The notes below the pieces were generated by a model. The model was given only the letters and a program-made list of their open reading frames with translations, was not told the DNA's origin and searched no databases. The translations under genes and the position numbers were made by a program. From Chlorokybus atmophyticus (lineage: Eukaryota; Plantae; Mesostigma and Chlorokybus algae), in the NCBI GenBank assembly GCA_009103225.1, contig RHPI01000797.1, forward strand, positions 247,064 to 311,063: a stretch of 64,000 nt of DNA. The letters run 5' to 3'. Positions 61,251 through 64,000 of the stretch are shown here, piece after piece; position 1 is the first letter of the stretch; each line of letters opens with the position of its first letter.

Positions 61251-63135
61251 ATGGCCGCCGGTGGCGGCGGCGGGGAGATGGCGGCGATGTCGGTGGGATT
61301 GTCGTCATGGTTGGGGGCTGCCGCTGCATCTAAGGGTTTGCGCTTGCCAGACAGGTCGCCGGCGCAGCGTCATAGGGATCGAGCCGCACGCATTGCCTGG
61401 CAATGCGTGCGGGTGTCGGCGGCCAAGTCCGGGTCGTCTTCGTCGCCGTCCTCCTCCTCCTCGTCCTCGGCGCCTTTACCTAGACAGGATATCCCGGCCG
61501 CCCCCGTGACGAGGGTGACGACCGCTCTGAGCGACACCATCCCGCCACCGCCGAGGGGCTACGCGACGCTGCCACCTTACGCCGTCCCCGTAGCTGGCGC
61601 CGTCGTCGCCATCCTCGCCGGCGTCGCCCTACTCCGGGGTAAGCAGGGGCGGCGGAGCAAGGACGATGATGAAGGTGGCGAAGGTGGTGTTGGCTCCATT
61701 GATGAGCTTGTGGACCGAGGACACCTCTCTGAGGATCGCAACCTCAGGTGCGAGCATGTCCTTCAACGTGCATGCATCATGCACATTGCGCAGTTGGGGT
61801 ACGGTAAGGGTCAGTCTTTTGATTTTGGATTTTGCCTTGCCATCCCCATGGCCGTCCTACACGCTTGCATGCGTGCATTTCAGCGTGCATGTGCACGTGT
61901 GTGTCATTGAGTGTGTACGTGCGTGCATGGGCATGTGTGTGTATTGGCCCCCATTAAAGAATGCAAGTGAGATACGTCCATGACGTGCTTCAATCTTGTT
62001 GGCAGCACGCTTGTTGGCAGGGCTCGTGCGTGCACACATGGTTTGAGAGCAACACGCATGTACATGCCCCAAGACCAACATAACTCTCACTGTGTGTCTG
62101 TACTCGTGTACGTAGTGAGGCGTCTTCACCATCGCCGGCAGTATCGGCGTCGTCGCTGAAGAGCGTGTTAGACGTCCCGCCGCTGTCGCCAGATGAGGTC
62201 AAGGCCGGCCGTGCACGCCGAGCACGCACTCAATACGCGCAACCCGTCTTCGTGCGCGAGGGAGACCCCGTCCCTGAAGGTGAATACTGTTATTGGTATA
62301 CTTACTAAGTAATGGTTTGTATGCAAACGCGCGTACACACACACGCACGCACGCACGCGCGCATGTGTGCCCGTGAGCGCACCCACGCACATGGCATACA
62401 CACATTTGGCAAAGCTTATGAACAGGGGTACTTGCATGCATGCTCACGAAGTATGTTTGTGTGCATGCGCGCACACACACACACGCACTTAACAGCGCAA
62501 TACTACACCATCAGGTGTGGATCCAGCAGTTGTCATGGAGATCCCGAGGGACCATCCGTTCTTTGCGGGCGCGGGAGCGGAGTTGTCTACCGAGGAGGAG
62601 GAGGTGCTGAGGCAGAGGCTCATGGCGCGACGGCCACCAAGGCAGCGCGTGAGGATCGAAGGGGATGCCGACTCGCCACTATCACAGGTATGTGGAATGT
62701 TGTTGTGCAACACGCGCAGCCACAAGACAGGAACTCACACAATGCGTGCACATGGTAACTCACATACGCGTGCACACGGGCGCACACAACGTCACCATGT
62801 GCCTTGCGTGCTGTTCTGTGCGATGTTTGATACACATGCTGCACATGCTCTGTTATCATGCAACTCAGTAACCAAGCAGCTTGCGTAGAATGGCGTGCAG
62901 ACAGTCAGTCAAAGGCAAAATGTAGGCATAAACTTTGAATACTGAACTATTGTGTGCAAAGGCATCCAGCGAGAGGGAACGCATGGTGCAGGACTCCATC
63001 TCCAAGAAGCGCGAGAAGTACAGCGGGTTGTCGGACGAGGAGCGGTTAAACCCCAAGTTTGAGAAGCCCGTGTACATCGACCCTAAGTCCGACGGCGGCA
63101 ACAACGACATACCCAACCCGAGGCGCGCGTCGTGA
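61251..63135 (+). CDS. MCD1: MULTIPLE CHLOROPLAST DIVISION SITE 1-like plastid envelope protein
   Basis: Transit-peptide-like N-terminus and one TM segment (AVPVAGAVVAILAGVALL). GSIDELVDRGHLSEDR and RARRARTQYAQPVFVREGDPVPEGVDPAVVMEIPRDHPF align with recalled MCD1 motifs GSVADLVRRGQLRSDRR and KRRSRAYQWKRPTVFLKEGDSIPPDVDPDTVRWIPANHPF. Four exons. Confidence 0.75.
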
Positions 63136-64000
63136 CACGAGCAGCGTTGTTTAGGTTAAGACAGTACCCCTGGTGCATGTGTACGCTCAAAGTTTTGGTA
63201 AAAGTAGTCTGGTCAGGTAGGTGATGTAGTCAGGACATTACAGACAAGGTCGTTTTGGTTCAAGTTGTGGCACAGGCTCTCAAGGTGGTTTGGATGTCGT
63301 CACACAAACTCAGTCTGTTTGCAATGGTCCTGCAATGGATGCACGTCGTGCTGGACATGTTGCCTGGTCTTCGGGCACATCAGGTCGCGCACTTGTGCCT
63401 GCTGTTCACATGTCATGTTTGACGGTGTGCAACGCAATAACGGCGGCAATGATGCCATAAGTACACGCCATACAACGAAATGTACGAGTACAGCAATGCA
63501 TCGCAGGGCACTGCAAACATCAGTTTTCGTGCCTGTGAGTGGGTGGGGCTTTGAGTGCACACTTCCGAAAGCCGCAGGCTTACAACTTTGATTGTTGCCT
63601 GCCAACTCGCCATCTCATGAGTGTTGGCTTTATGAAATTTCGATTAGTTACAAGGTGGCGAATTTCTGCAGTTGCCGCGAATGACACCAAGTCGCTGCTG
63701 GAAGCCTACGGAAGCAGCAATACGTATCACACACATGCACACACATAACGGTACACGACGCGACGTGCAAAGGCACCCCACAACATAGTCCTACATGAGC
63801 TCATGGTGTCTGCAAGCAAAAACAGATGCAGGAATGGTCCTATGCCAGCAAGAATGCAAAGAGTGCACATGGATGTTTGTCCACGCGCTCTGTGTAAAGT
63901 TGACAGGCACGCAGGATGTGCATGCCTGTGCGTGCACATGCATCCAGCTGCAGATACTGATAAGGGGGTGCACCATAAAATCACCAAGAATGAAAGCAGA

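Noticed and set aside
1-64000. tRNA, rRNA, CRISPR arrays or autonomous transposase/RT ORFs
   Set aside because: No cloverleaf or T-loop motifs, no regular repeat-spacer array, and no DDE, RT or Rep/Hel motifs were seen by eye. A tRNAscan-SE, Infernal or RepeatMasker run would be needed to exclude them formally.

Overview
Eukaryotic, intron-rich nuclear DNA (GT-AG introns of mostly about 70-300 nt, three N gaps). The gene set points to a flagellated green alga, probably a streptophyte. BBS1 implies cilia, and DPE1, RH50, MCD1-like and At4g24610-like genes imply a green-plant lineage; this taxonomic call is inference. Hand-splicing gives 16 protein-coding genes in order: KdsB (5' partial), plastid DEAD-box helicase RH50, a divergent SRA-YDG protein, an F-box protein, deoxynucleoside kinase, DDA1-SAP, TMA7, a group-3 LEA, DPE1, a coiled-coil/AP2 protein, DPH3, a VOC/glyoxalase-like protein, an At4g24610-family C2/MHD-like protein, ALG3, a TMEM41/VTT protein, BBS1 and an MCD1-like protein. 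The most unusual object is the minus-strand gene at 9047-13434. It splices in frame into about 997 aa: an RS-rich N-terminus, Pol II CTD-like YSP/SP repeats, an acidic tract, a KYP/SUVH4-type SRA domain with an altered base-binding pocket and no SET domain, and a C-terminal C4 zinc ribbon. Other notable items are an algal MCD1-like gene, a DDA1-SAP fusion, two in-frame GC-AG introns, a 250-bp exact copy of an ALG3 exon beside a gap, and a 1.3-kb segment flanked by inverted repeats. No tRNA, rRNA or CRISPR array is supported. All homology calls come from motif recognition, not database searches.
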